A stretch of 64,000 bases of DNA from Camelus ferus (taxonomy: Eukaryota). Positions 63,788 to 64,000 of this stretch are shown in pieces; position 1 is the first letter of the stretch, and every line of letters starts with the position of its first letter. The notes beneath the pieces were generated by a model. It saw only the letters and a list, made by a program, of their open reading frames with translations. It was not told where the DNA came from and searched no databases. Location: NCBI RefSeq assembly GCF_009834535.1, contig NC_045697.1, positions 98,396,001 through 98,460,000 of the forward strand, read 5' to 3'. The position numbers were made by a program, and so were the translations under genes.

Positions 63788-64000
63788 GTCGACTTAAAAA
63801 AAAAAAGCACACAATGTGAAAACTATGAGTTCAGTTTTTATCTGGGGACCTACTGAGAACAATAGCCTGGGAGACAGTGCTGAGTGACTGCCCTGAAGAG
63901 GTAGCGGGGAAGGTCAGTATATAAACATGATTTGGCGAGGCGGGTATGTGCAGTCAAGCACACATCTTGGTGGAAGTTTGCCGCTAGTCATGAGGAGCAG
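63788..64000 (-). mobile_element. ERV1-type LTR running off the window end
   Basis: tgtcgacttaaaaaa..gcacacaatgtgaaaa..agtttttatctgg (antisense polyA-signal region) and ctgccctgaagaggta..cagtatata (antisense TATA region). Confidence 0.65.

Noticed and set aside
1..64000. The short ORFs of 60-130 aa in the ORF track
   Set aside because: No recognisable domains; many start at non-ATG codons or run through microsatellites and repeats; expected by chance in mammalian non-coding DNA.
1..64000. Prokaryotic-type systems (CRISPR arrays, operons, defence islands, prophage)
   Set aside because: The sequence is mammalian; no repeat-spacer periodicity or gene-dense segment is present.

Overview
This is mammalian nuclear DNA, not prokaryotic. 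It is most likely camelid (Camelus/Vicugna/Lama): it has four tRNA-Ala-derived Vic-1-type SINEs and many short artiodactyl-type L1 3' ends. The window is AT-rich intronic or intergenic sequence. I recognise no host protein-coding gene. The only identifiable protein similarity is a truncated L1 ORF2 endonuclease fragment (32700-33269); the other ORFs look like chance ORFs. Much of the window is transposon debris (L1, HAL1, L2, MIR, MLT1 and ERV1 LTRs, hAT-Charlie, Tip100 and Tigger elements), separated by repeat-poor blocks that may be regulatory. The most notable structures are: (i) a six-element nest at 30.7-34.1 kb containing a 5'-inverted L1 that creates a 218-codon chimeric endonuclease ORF; (ii) two ERV1 solo LTRs nested back to back at 17.07-18.22 kb; (iii) a speculative chain of minus-strand exon-like segments below a GC-rich, G4/IRF-motif patch at 14.5 kb; (iv) a CpG-rich ancient MLT1 LTR; (v) an E-box/TCF motif cluster at 25.4-25.8 kb. 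I see no convincing evidence of a new biological system. Repeat family names come from recalled consensus sequences and need RepeatMasker/Dfam confirmation. Boundaries without TSD support are approximate.
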